Assembly: GCA_004431415.1 (NCBI GenBank)
Contig: QPMI01000044.1
Coordinates: 1-64,000, forward strand
Source: Cyanophora paradoxa CCMP329
Taxonomy: Eukaryota > Plantae > Glaucophyta
Reading direction: 5' to 3'
DNA length: 64,000 bases
Position numbers and translations under genes: made by a program. Position 1 is the stretch's first letter. Each line of letters starts with the position of its first letter. The notes beneath the pieces were generated by a model that saw only the letters and a list, made by a program, of their open reading frames with translations, was not told the origin of the DNA and searched no databases. Shown here piece after piece: positions 12,901 through 24,399 of the stretch.

Positions 12901-15900
12901 CAAGCACCGTGTCGTCCCACACGCGAAGAGTGAAGTCGCCGGCGCGTCCCGAGTAGCCCTCCTGCGCGCGCGAGGCCCCCGGGCCGCGTTCAGCAGCTGC
13001 AGCGTCCAGATGCACACGGACGGAAGTGCGTCGCCGGCTCACCACGAGGACGAAGTACGTCTGCGACTCGTTGGCGAAGAACGAGAGGCGCGAGCCGAGC
13101 GTCCCGCATCCGTCGTCTGTCAAAGGCGCCGAGATTGAAAACTCCCGAGGACCAAAACATGTTCAAAATGGAAACGACAGCGCAGGACGCACCATTGACA
13201 GCAATGGGGCTGAGGCCGCCGGCGACGCCGATCGGGCACGCGCCGTACACGCGCTACGCGAACTAGGGTGAGCCAAACGAGGGAAGAGGTCGAGGAAGCT
13301 GGAGCCGTGGGCGCACGAGGAATGTGTCGTATCGAAGGTTCTCGCAAAGAGAAAGAGTGATATCCCTGCAAAGAGAACAGCTGTGAAGGTCTAGCGGAAG
13401 GAGATTCGCTGCATCGCATGCGCACCCTCTGCGCGTGGGCTGCAGCGTGTATAGGACATCTCCGCTGGGATTCGAGCCTGGGACTCTGTTGGGAAGCCCT
13501 GCATTCGAGCCTTCGATTGCACTCCCGCAAGTTTCGATCGGAGTCGCAAAGTTGCAGCTGCCACCAGCCTCCGCGCAGCCGCTCCCGTCGACAATGGACA
13601 GTGCAAACGTTCCCTCCTGCGCATTATAGCCTGCGCAACGGTTCGCGTGTTGCAACGAAAGGGAGAGCTATCTATATCGACGAGCGCATGCGCACCCTCG
13701 ACGGCAATCAGGTACAATGCGCCCGCCTCTGCGTCGAACTCCAGTTGCGACTGCGGGCCGCACGCGTCGTCTGCACAGCAGCTAGCAGCTAAGTTGAAAG
13801 CAAAAGACGAGTGGTGCGTTTCGGGTCATAAGAGATATGCGCACCGTTGGAGGCGACGAGCTGGGCCGCCGCGGGGAAGAAGGTCGCGTTCGAAGAGATC
13901 GGGCACGAGTCGGCGGCGCCAGCGGTGAAGCGAAAGACGAAGAGGAGCGTGTCAAAGTTCGTAAGAGAGGAGCACGTGGTGACGGTCAGGCGGCGGGCGG
14001 TGGGGACGGAGAGGCGGAAGAACGCTTCGCCGCTCGGGCACCAGCTCGTCGCCAGGCGGCTCGGGGCCCCCACCGTGCTCCCCACAAGCTGTGTCGTGTT
14101 GCAGCTCCCCACCACGCGCTGCTCCTCGCAGTGCTCCGGCAGCGCGACGTCGTTCTGCGGGTTGCGCTGCACTGGGGGTGGCGTGGAGACGACGGGCGGA
14201 GTGGGGGACGGGGAGGCCGAGGGCGAGGGCGAGGGCGAGGGGGTCGCCGGGGGCGGGAGGCACGCCGTGTCCGTCGCAGAAATTCCGAAGGCCCCCGAAT
14301 TCCCCAAGAAGCCTGCCGCCCAGTTAGTGGCTGGGCTCTGTGCGGAACGGACGGTACCGGGAAGGACGCTCACCTTCGACGACGACGAAGTACTGAACCC
14401 CGGCCTCGGCAAAGAACGTTACTCGGGAGCCTAGAGACGGCGTGAGGCCGGCAGCGCCGCAGCCGTCGTCTGATGTGGACGCGTGAGCGGCGGCGATTGC
14501 GCGAGCGGTGAAGCGCGGGGGATCGGACCGTTGAAAGTGACGCGGACGGCGGACGTGTTCGCGGGGCAGCCGCGGTAGATGTGGACGTACGTGTCGAACG
14601 CCGTCGCCGGGTGGCACAGGGAGACGGTGACGGCCCTCGCGGAGGGGACGGAGAGCGTGTAGAGCATCTCGGGCGAGTCGTAGTATGTCGCGAAGAGGTT
14701 CGTCCGCCCCGCCGTCGTGGCGCTCAGCGGTGGCGCGGCGCCCGTGCCCGCGGCCGTGCAGGCGCTGACGAGCGACTGCGCCGCCTGGCACGCCAGCGAG
14801 AGGCCGTAGAACACTGGAGTCGGGGTCGGGGGCGGCGGTACGCCCAGGCACACGGAATCCTGCACGGAAAGCGCGAACTGGCCCGTCCGCATCCCGTAAC
14901 CTGCGGGGGGCGTGAGCGTGATATCGATGCCGGCTCTGCCGCCCGCTCGGATTGGGCCGGGCTCACCTTCGACGACGACGTAGTACTCGTAGCCGGGGCT
15001 GACAGTGGCGACGAAGGACGAGGCGAGGCCGACCGGACAGCCGTCGTCTGCAAGGGCGAACGATCGCGAGCGTTGCGATCGTCAGCTCACGCATGCAGAA
15101 GCGGTGGCTTGATGGCTATAGGCCGCACCGCTGAAAGCGACTGGGGTGAGGGTCCCTGACGCGAGCAAAGGACACCCCCGATACAGATACTGCGAGAGTG
15201 CGGGAGACAAAAAGCATCGATATCACACGCGATAAAGTGATAAAATATGCAAGCCATCCAAAGGTACCCACCACGACTGTGTCGAAGTCCGTCGACGGCG
15301 AGCACGTGGAGATGGTCACGATGCGCGTGCTCGTCACGTTGAACTTGAAGTAGCGCTGCGATCGCAGAAGGCAAGCATAAAATATATCAAAATTACAAGT
15401 GCCGCTTAAAATATATCGAAGTTACAAGTGCCGCTTAAGCGTACCTCGCCGCTTGTGTACGGGCTCGACAGCACATCCGGGGCGCCTGATGCATGGAGGG
15501 GCGTGATTAATATTGTCAAGGACGATGCTGAAAACCGCGCACCTGCACCGGCGTTCGAGCGGACGAGCGCCGAGGTGCACGTGTTGATGGTCTCCACGCT
15601 CACTTGCGACTCGCACGAGGCTCCCGCGCCGGGCGCGGTAGCGGGGACCGGCGTCGGCGTGGCTTCCACCGTCGGCGCGGGCGTTGGTGCGGCGATGCCA
15701 CACGCGGCATTCGGGGCCTTGACGGTCAGACCGAAGTTTCCGATGCTGCCCCCGTATCCTGTGTCGCGGCTCAAAAAGAGCATGCGGGAAAAGAGCCGAG
15801 TGTGCAGGATCCCGGACGTCGAGTGCGCGCGCGCACCGCGGACGGCAACGAAGTACTGGCGACCAGCAGTGAGGTTGAACGAGGCCTTCGACGCGAGGGT

Positions 15901-18900
15901 GTTGGACGGGCACGCCGTCGCCCCCGAGTCGTCGTTCTGGGCGATCAAATCGCTCGAGGAGAACGTCGGGCAGCCCTCGGTCACGGAGACGACGGTGTCG
16001 AAGTTGGTCCGCTGGCTGCACGTCGAGATCTCAACCAGCCTGGCCATGGACGCCCACGTGAGATGCAAAATGGAAAGTAGAGTGAACGCGCGGAATGGGG
16101 AAAGTACATTGATACGTGGTAGGAGACCGTGAAGAAGACGGCGGGGGCGCCCTGGATCCGCTGAAGGGAGGAGGCGGAGATGGAGCCGCTGAACATGTCC
16201 CGACTGCAGGGGTTGAGCGGCGGCGCCGTGCAATCTGCGCCCCAGTTACATTAGAAAACACTGTGAGGAAACTCTACGGCAACGCACTGCCGACGGTGAA
16301 GGTGGGGCTGAAGCTCTGCACGGCGAACGGATCGGCACTTGCGACGCGGAGCTGGTACCGCCCGCCGGCGATCGGGGGCAAAGCGGCCGATGGCGCCAGC
16401 TCCAGGAAGCGAGTGGATGGCCGCAGGTTCGCAACAGCACCGGCGAGCAGCTGCAAACGGGTCAAAACCGCGAACGCACGAGCATATTGAAACAAACGCG
16501 ACGAACGACGTCAAAGGCGTTCGAGCTCTCAGCCGCGGGGTGGAGGTACAGAGCCACAGTCGAGCGCGTCTCCCGCCCCGCGTACGTCCTGCGAAAATTC
16601 AGGAATCGAAAACGCGCGCCGCTATTCAACATGTACAGTAGAAGAGGAAAAGCGCACCACTGGGCGCGGAATGTGGAGCGGCCGAGCTCCCACTCCGTCG
16701 CAGCGCGGGGCTGCGAGATCTGGAAGGGGGCGTACGTCTCGCAGCGGGGCCCGGTGAAGCCGTCCGCGCAGAGGCAGGCGCCGTCCAGGCACTCCCCGTC
16801 GTTGAGGCAGGCGACGCTGCACCCGTAGCATGTGGCGATCGCAGACGCTGCGGGGCGGGGCGGGGCCGTCGGACTTCGAAGTCGACCGACATGTACTCTT
16901 TTATGAGGCGACCGAGCGCTTGGGCTCACCAGGGATCGAGTTCACCGGGTTCGCCCAGACGGACCGGATGTTCAGCAGCCGGCTCTGCCCGGGCTGCCGG
17001 GCAGGTCATAATCAGTGACCGTGGCGGCGGCAGTGGAATCAGAACACTGCTTCGAAATTTTGGGGATTGGCGGACCGGCGTGAGCGAGTTGCCGACGGCC
17101 CCGAGGACGGCCGAGGCGTAGAGGGCCTGGGTCGCCTCGGCGACGGTCGCCATCGGATGCAGCTCGAGGTACGTCGCTGAGGGGCAGTGAGGGGCCGCGG
17201 AAGGCGCCAGAGGCTTTAGAAAGCCGTACCGAGGACGCCGGAGACAAGGGGCGTCGCCTGCACGTGCGGCGTCGGCATCGGTACAGAAACATAAAAGAGC
17301 CCTCAGACTCGAACGAGCTTTTTATATACGCGGGGGCGCTGCACATGCGCACCATCGACGTGCCCTGCAGGCTCCGGATAGCTGTCGTGCTGGTGTGGCT
17401 GGTCGAGACGATGTCGACCCCCGGGGCGAAGATGTTCACGCACTGCGCCCCGGCAGGAGGGTGAGGCCCGCGCCGGAAATCTCGAGGGGCCCGGCACGTC
17501 TTCTCGGGCCGCACCGATCCGTAGTTGGAAAAGGGCGCGCGGACGTCGTTGAGGCCCGTGGCGCCGACTGTGATCGCGAAGGCCGAGGCGGCCGGCACGA
17601 AGCGGCACTGAAACGAGCGGGGGTACGGTTGGACGAGGAGGGTGCGGGCGGACGTTGAACGCGCGGGGGCGGGCGCACGGCGTCGTTGTTTTCGTTGCCG
17701 GCGGCGACGACGACGACGATGCCGGCCTGCGTTGCCCTGCGCGGCCGCGCGCGTGAGCGGCCTGGAGAAGATGAAGTCTGAGCGCAGAGCCGAGGGCGCG
17801 GGCGCACCGGGAGAAGACCGAGTCGAAGGCGGGGAGCGAGGCGCGGCTCTCGGCGCCGAGGGACATCGAAATGATGGCGGGGATTCCAGTGTCCCTCGTC
17901 TCGATCACGTGCTCGACGCCGTCGATGGCCGCCGCCTGGCCAGGCCCACGCCGGGCGCGCGTCAGGGGTGGCCGGGCCGGCGCGAGGGGCGGGGCGGGGC
18001 GGGGGCGGCACGAGGGAGCCGGAGCCGTCGCAGCCGAGGACCTTCACCGCCTTCACTGCCGCCCGCCGCCCGCCGCGTGAGCCGCGGAAGTCGAGCTCGA
18101 AGTGGGGGCGGGAGCAAGGAGGGAGAGAGGGGAGGGGAAGGAGGAGGGTGGGGGAGGGAGGGGTGGGGGAGGAGGGGCGGGGGGGAGGGGGCGGGGGGGG
18201 AGGAGGGGCGGGGGAGGGGGAGGGAGGGGCGGGGGAGGGTGGGGTGCAGGAGAGGGCGCGGGAGGAGGGGCGGGGAGGGTGGGGGCGCAGAAGGGGCGGG
18301 GGAGGAGGGGCGCCGCGCCGCCGCGTGAGCCGCGGAGGGAGGGGAGGGGAGGGAGAGCGGGGGAGAGCGGGGGGAGAGCGGGAGGAGAGCGCGGGGAGAG
18401 CGGGGGGAGAGCGGGGGCGAGGGGGGGGAGCAGGGGGGAAGAGAGGGGGGGGGCGGCGGGCGGCGCACGCGACGCCTTCTTCGCAGCGCCGTACGTGCGC
18501 CCGCCGACGGTGCCGCCACGTGCGTCCTGCGTCGGCGCGGGCGCGCGGGGCAGAGTCAGCCGCCCGGCCGAAGGGGGCGCCGAGAGGCCGCGGGGGCCGG
18601 GGCCGGGGGGCGGACCCGTGCCCGTTGCAGTCGTGGGAGACGCCGTTCGCGTCGACCGAGTCTGGCGGGTCGAGTTGGCGGCACGCGGGCGGGCGCAGGC
18701 GGCCGGGCGGGGCGGGGGCCGCGCACCCTGGACGAAGTCGGCGGACCAGGAGGCGCGCCCCTCGAATTCCTCGTGGCCGACCTCGATGCCCGAGTCCAGC
18801 ACGTACACCTCCACCCCGCAGCCTGCGGCCAGGACCGGCAGGGCCCGGGGGTGAGAGGCCTGAGCAGGCCGAGGGGCCGGGGGCGAAGGGCAGCGGCACC

Positions 18901-20068
18901 GGTCGCGTTGTAGTCGTACCGCCCGTCGAGGCCCGCCGCGGCGGCCGCCGCGTCGATCCGGTCGAGGTTCCACGGCGCTGCGCGGATTCAGGCGGGCCGG
19001 GGGCCGATCGCGAAGGGCCGCCGGGGGCTGGGCGTACCGTCGTGCTGCGTCCAGGAGCGGGCGGCGTACAGAGCGATGTTCTCGTACACGCCGGCGACGC
19101 TCGGGTCCGCCTTGGCCAGCGCCAGCACGTCCGGCGACATCCTTCCCGCCCCCGCGCGCGTCAGCGCAGCACTCGGGCCGGGCGGGGCGGGCGGCCCGGC
19201 GGGGCGGGGCGGGGCGGGCGGGTCGGGCGGGGCGGGCGGGGCGGGCGGTAGGGTCGGGGCGGGGCGGGCCGCACCGGCGGCGAAGCCCGTCATGGCGAGC
19301 TCGTAGACGCTCAGCACCTCGAGGAAGGTCCCAGGGCTCGAGCCTGCGCGCCGCGCCTTCAGCTCGACGCGAGCTCGCAGGATTGCTGACGCCGCGCGCC
19401 CGTGCGCAGCCGCACCGGCCTCTGCTTTCGAAGGCGACGAGCTCGAGCTCGAGCCGGGGGCGGCCGCGGCCGCGGGCCCGTCCGGGCGCGCCCCGACGCG
19501 GCCGCCCTTCGCGCCTTGGCCGACGGGAGCGGCCACCGGCTTCTCCGCCTCGCGCACGCGCTGCTGGAACCTGCGCCCGCGCGCGCCCTTCAGGAACGGC
19601 TCGGCGGCGCGGCTTGGAACGGGTCCGACGGCCTCGTCTCAGGCCTAGGAGATCAAGCTTAAGGACGCACGCGGCGACGAGCGCGGCGGCCGCAGCGGGC
19701 CGTGCGCCGGCATCAGCGCCAGCCGAGGCGCCTCCGGCGTCCTCTAGGAGGCTCCGGCGGCGCGCGCCGGCGTCCCTCGCCGCCTCCGCAGTGAACTCCT
19801 GCGCGCGCGGGCCGGCAGGCGACCCGTTTCGATCTCAGCGATCGAAGATTCGAAAGGACAGGACGAATTCGAAGGCACGGTCAGAGCGCACCACGATGAA
19901 GGTCGAGGGGTGCGCCGGGGGCGAAGGGGCGCGCGCCGCCAGGGCGCCGATCGCAGCCTCCCCGATGATCAGGCTCGCAATCGCGCACACGAGGACGAGG
20001 CCTAGGGGGAGGGGCGCGCGCGGCTGTGCGCGATGCTCTCTACGGCGGCACGACGCCCGCTTCTGCAT
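948..20068 (-). CDS. Multi-exon membrane-anchored subtilisin-like (S8, proteinase K type) protease with EGF-like domain, ~19 tandem Cys-containing PPC-like repeats and a C-terminal TM helix
   Basis: Hydrophobic signal (LGLVLVCAIASLIIGEAAIGA, ~19940-20005). Spliced S8 motifs PWNLDRID, VYVLDSG, DCNGHG/THV, VVVVAAGNEN, VNIFAPGVDIVS and GTSM/ATP. EGF-like CLNDGECLDGACLCADGFTGPRC (~16740-16810). TM AVGAALLVAAAVVAALLV-RRRR (~1330-1390). The last exon is inferred to end IAPVLA* at 948. Start and end are approximate. Confidence 0.85.
2720..16230 (-). repeat. Array of ~19 protein repeats of about 140-170 aa each (coding, spliced)
   Basis: Recurring pattern C..C.STVG.PN / FY.(F,I).VP / V.FS(T,L)C...T.FDT.L.(I,V)Y.GCP / DDGCG / AG..Y(Y,F)VVVEGY...G.F.L.V, seen in successive ORF fragments. 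Confidence 0.85.
17085..18990 (-). other. Peptidase S8 catalytic domain of the gene above, with the Asp/His/Ser triad present
   Basis: DSG at ~18795, HG|THV across an intron at ~18620/18520, oxyanion Asn in AAGN at ~17695, GTSM at ~17355. Confidence 0.9.
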
Positions 20069-21559
20069 GGCGCCGCCTGCTCGAAGCTTGATCATGAGCT
20101 GGCGTCGGCCGGACGCCCCCTCAGCGGCGCTGGCTTCGAAATTCTAATCAGTACTGGCGCGCGCGCGCGCGCGTCGCGCCTAGCAGAATCGACAGCCTTG
20201 CACGACCAGTCGACCTCAGGGCCTGGCTGCAAGTTGCAGCCTGCAAGCTGGGCTGCCTAATGATACGCTGCTGCAGCTGGCCGAGGCGGTCGCCGAGCTC
20301 GAGTCGCGCTCGACGACGACGTGTCCCTAGGCCTGAGCCGCCTGACCGGTACCGTCGCCGTCCGTCGGACTGCACTGCTGCTGTTCGACGGCTAATGCGG
20401 CTTCTAGATCTGCGCGCATGCGGCCGCCTTGGGATTTTAGGACGACGAGCCCGGCGGGGGTAGGACTTTAGCGGCTCAGGTAACAGGCGTGACGTCACGG
20501 TGGCACGCAGGTTGCAATTTTCGTGGAACTTTTTCTTGATTCATGATCGTATTTTTGACGAACTCGCAATCCAGCCGCGCATGAATCGGCAAAGAACTTC
20601 TCGGATGTTCAACGGTTTTTTTCGTAAGCGGCTCTACGCACGTCCGACGCGTATACAACGACGTCGCGTACCGGTATACTCTTCGCAATTCGCGCGCGCG
20701 CAGCAGCCAGCGGGCCCGGGGGCCGGGGCCCGGGCGACGCGCGCGAATTGCGAAGGCCCTAGACTGCTACTAGGGCCGCGACTCGGCGAGTAGCCTCGAG
20801 ATGGCCGGTAGACGCCGGTACTAGTAGACTAGTAGTAGACTACTAGTAGTAGGGCGGCGAGGGCCTACTAGGCGACTACACGCCGCGGCGCCGGCAGCTC
20901 CCGCCGGCCGCGGCGTGCCGGCGCCGTTATCAAGTTTCCGGCTCAACCGCGCAGTTTTGAAGAAATCAAAACTTAACTACTCCAAGCATGTAGGCCAGCA
21001 GGGCCACTGCAGCCTGTGGCTGCAGCTGGACCATGCTTCCCTTTGGCCATGCTCAAAGACTGTTTTGGGTTGCCCGGCAGGGTTGCCCGGGCCCGGCGGC
21101 CGTTATTTGCAAAAATGACGATATATTAATGGGGGCCCGGCGGACCAGGGGGGGAGGGGGAGGGGGGGGGGGGAGGGAAGGGGGGGGGATGCACATCTGC
21201 ACGGGCCCTTGCAATTGGGGCGGCTTGGGGCTAAGCTCCTCCTTGGAGGCTGGGCCCTCCTGGTTGGAGAGCGCTGCTGCTCGGGCGGCGTTGATGCTGC
21301 TGCCTGCTGGAGCCCGGTCCTGGGGCGCGGTCGGCAGCAGCAGCGGCGGCGGCGGGTTGAAGATCTGCGCCCCCGGCTCGAGCGGCAGAGGAAAAGGAGA
21401 GGGGCCCCCAAGGAAAGGAGCCTTCCGGTCCAGACGCCAGAGGCGCGGGAGGGGGGGGGGGGGGGGGGGGGGGGGCTGTCGGGCGCCCTGGGGTACGTTC
21501 CACTGTCGTGCTGGAGGCGGGGCGCTGGCCCGGCAGGCAGCGGCTCCCAGGGCCGCCCC

Positions 21560-21845
21560 CCCCGCAGGTTCGGCGGCCGTGCCCGCGGCCGCCGGCCGGT
21601 CGCCGGCGTGGCGAGCGAGCGCGCTCCCGCACGCCTCGGCGAGCCCCGCCCGCGGCCCCCGGACGCTCGCCCCAGAGGCTCCCCGGCGCCCGGCGCCCGG
21701 TCGGCGCCCGTGCCCGCGGCCGGCCGGCCGGTGTGGCGCGGCGAGCGAGCGCGCCCCCGTAGGCCCCGGACGCTCTCTCGGCGGGCCGCCGGGCCCCGCC
21801 CGCGGCCTCCGGACGCTCGCCCCAGAGGCTCCGCGCCACGGCGCA
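21560..21845. repeat. GC-rich imperfect tandem repeat downstream of the centrin-like gene
   Basis: Repeated ccccgcccgcggcc.ccggacgctcgccccagaggctcc and gtgcccgcggcc..ccggcc units. Confidence 0.6.
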
Positions 21846-21872
21846 GCGCAGTCCACCGGGCCGCGCCCCGCC

Positions 21873-23049
21873 TCAGAAGAGCGTGTTGGATCGGATGATG
21901 GAGAGCAGCTGCGGCGAGAGGGGGGGGAAGGAGAGGGGGGCACGCGTCCATCACCGATCGCGAGCCGCGGGGGGGGGGGTACGGCGCGGGGCGCGGCCCG
22001 TCTGACCTGCGCGGCGTCGGGCGCGCGGGCCGCCTCGCCCTCCGCCTCCTCCACCATCCGCTCGACCTCCTCCTCCCCCAGCGGCCTCCTCAGCGCCCCC
22101 TCCTGCCCCGGCCCCGGTCCCTCAGCGCCGTATCCCCACGCGGGGAGCAACGCGGTACCCCCCGCACCTCGGAGAGCAGCTCGGCGAGGTCGTTCGCCTT
22201 CTTGTGCGAGATCACGTCCAGCGACGTCGTACCCCCCTCCTCGTCCTCGTCCTGCCGGGCGGCGGGCGTTGGCGTGGGCGGGGGCGGGCGGGCGGGGGTG
22301 GAGGGGGGTAGAGGAATGGTATCGCAAAAGGGAGGAGGATCTAGCAGAAGGGAAGGCCGGAGGAGGACGCCGGGCCCGGCGACTCCGGAAGGCAAGTCCG
22401 GGGGGGAAGAGGCGGCGGAGGGGGGGGCGGAGGGGGGGGGAGGAAGGGGCGCGCACGTCGGACATGAGGAGGTCGAGTCGCTCGCGCAGCATACGCTGCT
22501 TGCTGTCCCTCGCGAGCTGCCGGCCCCCCGCGCGCGCCGGCGCCGGGCTCGGAGCAGGCCAGGGCGGGCGGGCGGGCGGGGCGGGGCGGCGCGGGGCGGA
22601 CGATGCGGGGCGTGACGACGGAGAGGAACACGTCGAACGGGACGAAGCCCGTCTCATCCGGGTCGGCGCCCTTCGTCGCGGCCGCGAGCTCCTCCCCTGC
22701 GCCGCCGCCGCCGCCGCCCCGCGCGTGCACGTCAGCTGCATCGATCCGCTGCGCGGCGCCGAGCGGCGCGTCGGGCGCCCGCACCCGATGCCTCCACGTC
22801 GAGCGCGAGGAGGACGTACTGGAGATTCCGCGTGGCGAGCAGGAGGTCCCGCCCGCCCGGGTCCCCCTCCTTCCTGCTCAGCGCTGCAACGAAGGAGCCT
22901 CAGCGGGAGACACTGGGACCGCCCCGGCGCCGCGCACCGAACTCCCGGAAGGCCGAGAGCACCTCGGCCGCCTGCTCTTCGTCCAGGTTGTCCGGCGGCT
23001 TCGCGCGCCGCCTGTACGCCAAGTCCGAAGGCGCTCCCGTGAAGGCCAT
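21873..23049 (-). CDS. Divergent centrin/calmodulin-like EF-hand protein (multi-exon)
   Basis: Exons read MAFTGAPSD...LDEEQAAEVLSAFREF, ADPDETGFVPFDVFLSVVTPRI, LGEEEVERMVEEAE and a last exon LLSIIRSNTLF*, which resembles the centrin C-terminus (FLRIMKKTSLF). Confidence 0.65.
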
Positions 23050-23549
23050 CGCACCGGCCGCTGAGACCGAGGGCGCTCTGAACCACGCTGAACTCTAGCT
23101 ACAGCCGAAGACCGCAATGCAGAGCACACCGTAAGCCGGGGAGCAGCGCTTGAAAGCGCACTGGTCTTGGAGCAACCGGAAGCACCGCTCGCCTGTTGAT
23201 GATGATTCCTGGCACGATACTGGCGGCTTTGCTGGTTCAGGCGGCTTTGCTGGGGTGCTTGCCGGTTGCTTTCTAGATCTGCGCACTCAGCGGCTTTTCA
23301 CAGTGGGCGGGGAGGCGCTTGCACTGTAAACGCTTTTGCTGATGCGGCTTTGCTGGCGCTTCGTGCTTCGCGCAAGTTCCGCTACGCGCTCGGGGTACCG
23401 TAACCGCAGGACCGATACACGCGCTCCAAGAGCCCCAAACGAGCAGCCAAGAGCTCCAAGAGCGCTACGAGCTATCGGCGCCGCAGGCCAAACGGCGCCG
23501 CAGAGAGCGTTCGTTCGGCTTGTGCGCGTAGGCAGCCCGAATCGGCAAA

Positions 23550-24129
23550 ATGAGGAGTCTCGAATCCGTTATCAAGAATGCAGTATCGTCCGCAGTTGCT
23601 GAAGCGGTCGGGCCAGAGTCAGCGATTGGGTCAGCGCTCGCCTCGATGCTCACTGCAGTACGTGAACGCGCACGCGCTAAGTTACGCATGCGTACAATGG
23701 ATCGACGATTTCGCAGCTTCACAGGATTGAGCTGCAGGTCATCCGTTCCGATAACGAGAGGCGGCAAGGCGGCAGCCCGCTGAACCCGTACAACGTACCT
23801 CGGAACAGGAAGGGAGAGGAGCTGCCGAGCGCACTTCGAGAGAAGCTGAAGTCAGCGGAGCGCATCCGTGCTCTGACCGAGGTGAATGCGCAACTTTCCT
23901 TGTGTTTTCACTGGCCGGCGCGCGCGGCCCTTTAATTTCTCATGATCAAATCTTTCGGCAGAAAGAGTGCGAGCTAATTCTTGAGCACTACAGCGAAGAG
24001 ATCGACATATCCGCTATACCGGAAAGGCCTGCAGCTGTAGCTGCACCGGGCAAGCGTGGCCGCGAATCATCAGAGCGCCTGAACACTCAGCAACGCCTGA
24101 TCGCCATGCACCTCGGAGTGTGTATATGA
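23550..24129 (+). CDS. Small spliced protein, possibly with a Mug135-like C-terminal domain
   Basis: Three putative exons joined by GT-AG introns give ...NPYNVPRNRKGEELPSAL...IRALTE|KECELILEHY...QQRLIAMHLGVCI*. The 5' end is uncertain and the family call rests on motif resemblance only. Confidence 0.4.
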
Positions 24130-24399
24130 CGTGCGCCTGCTTCCTGATCTAGATCTCCACTTCGTGGATTAGACATACGCGTGCGTCCAGCGTCGACGGC
24201 TACAGCGTCGACGGGCTGAGAATTTGCGCGCGCAGGGCCGGGGCTCAAGCTTGGGCAGACTCGCGGGCCAGATTCGGTGCGCGCTCCTCTGGGGCCGTTC
24301 CGCGTTGTGCCTTAAGCTCGCGGCGCTGCAGCCCCCCTCCCCCGCCCGCCCCCGCCGGAGCCCGCCGCGGCCCCCGCGCGGCCCTTCGGCGACGGGCTT

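Noticed and set aside
18100-18460. Long G/C homopolymer tracts (also 46900-47180) as G-quadruplex elements or extensin-like ORFs
   Set aside because: They are intronic low-complexity tracts common throughout the window and error-prone in sequencing
21033-23086. 669-aa and 677-aa overlapping ORFs, and many other long Arg/Pro/Gly/Ala-rich ORFs
   Set aside because: Artefacts of very high GC content; the real coding signal here is the spliced centrin-like gene
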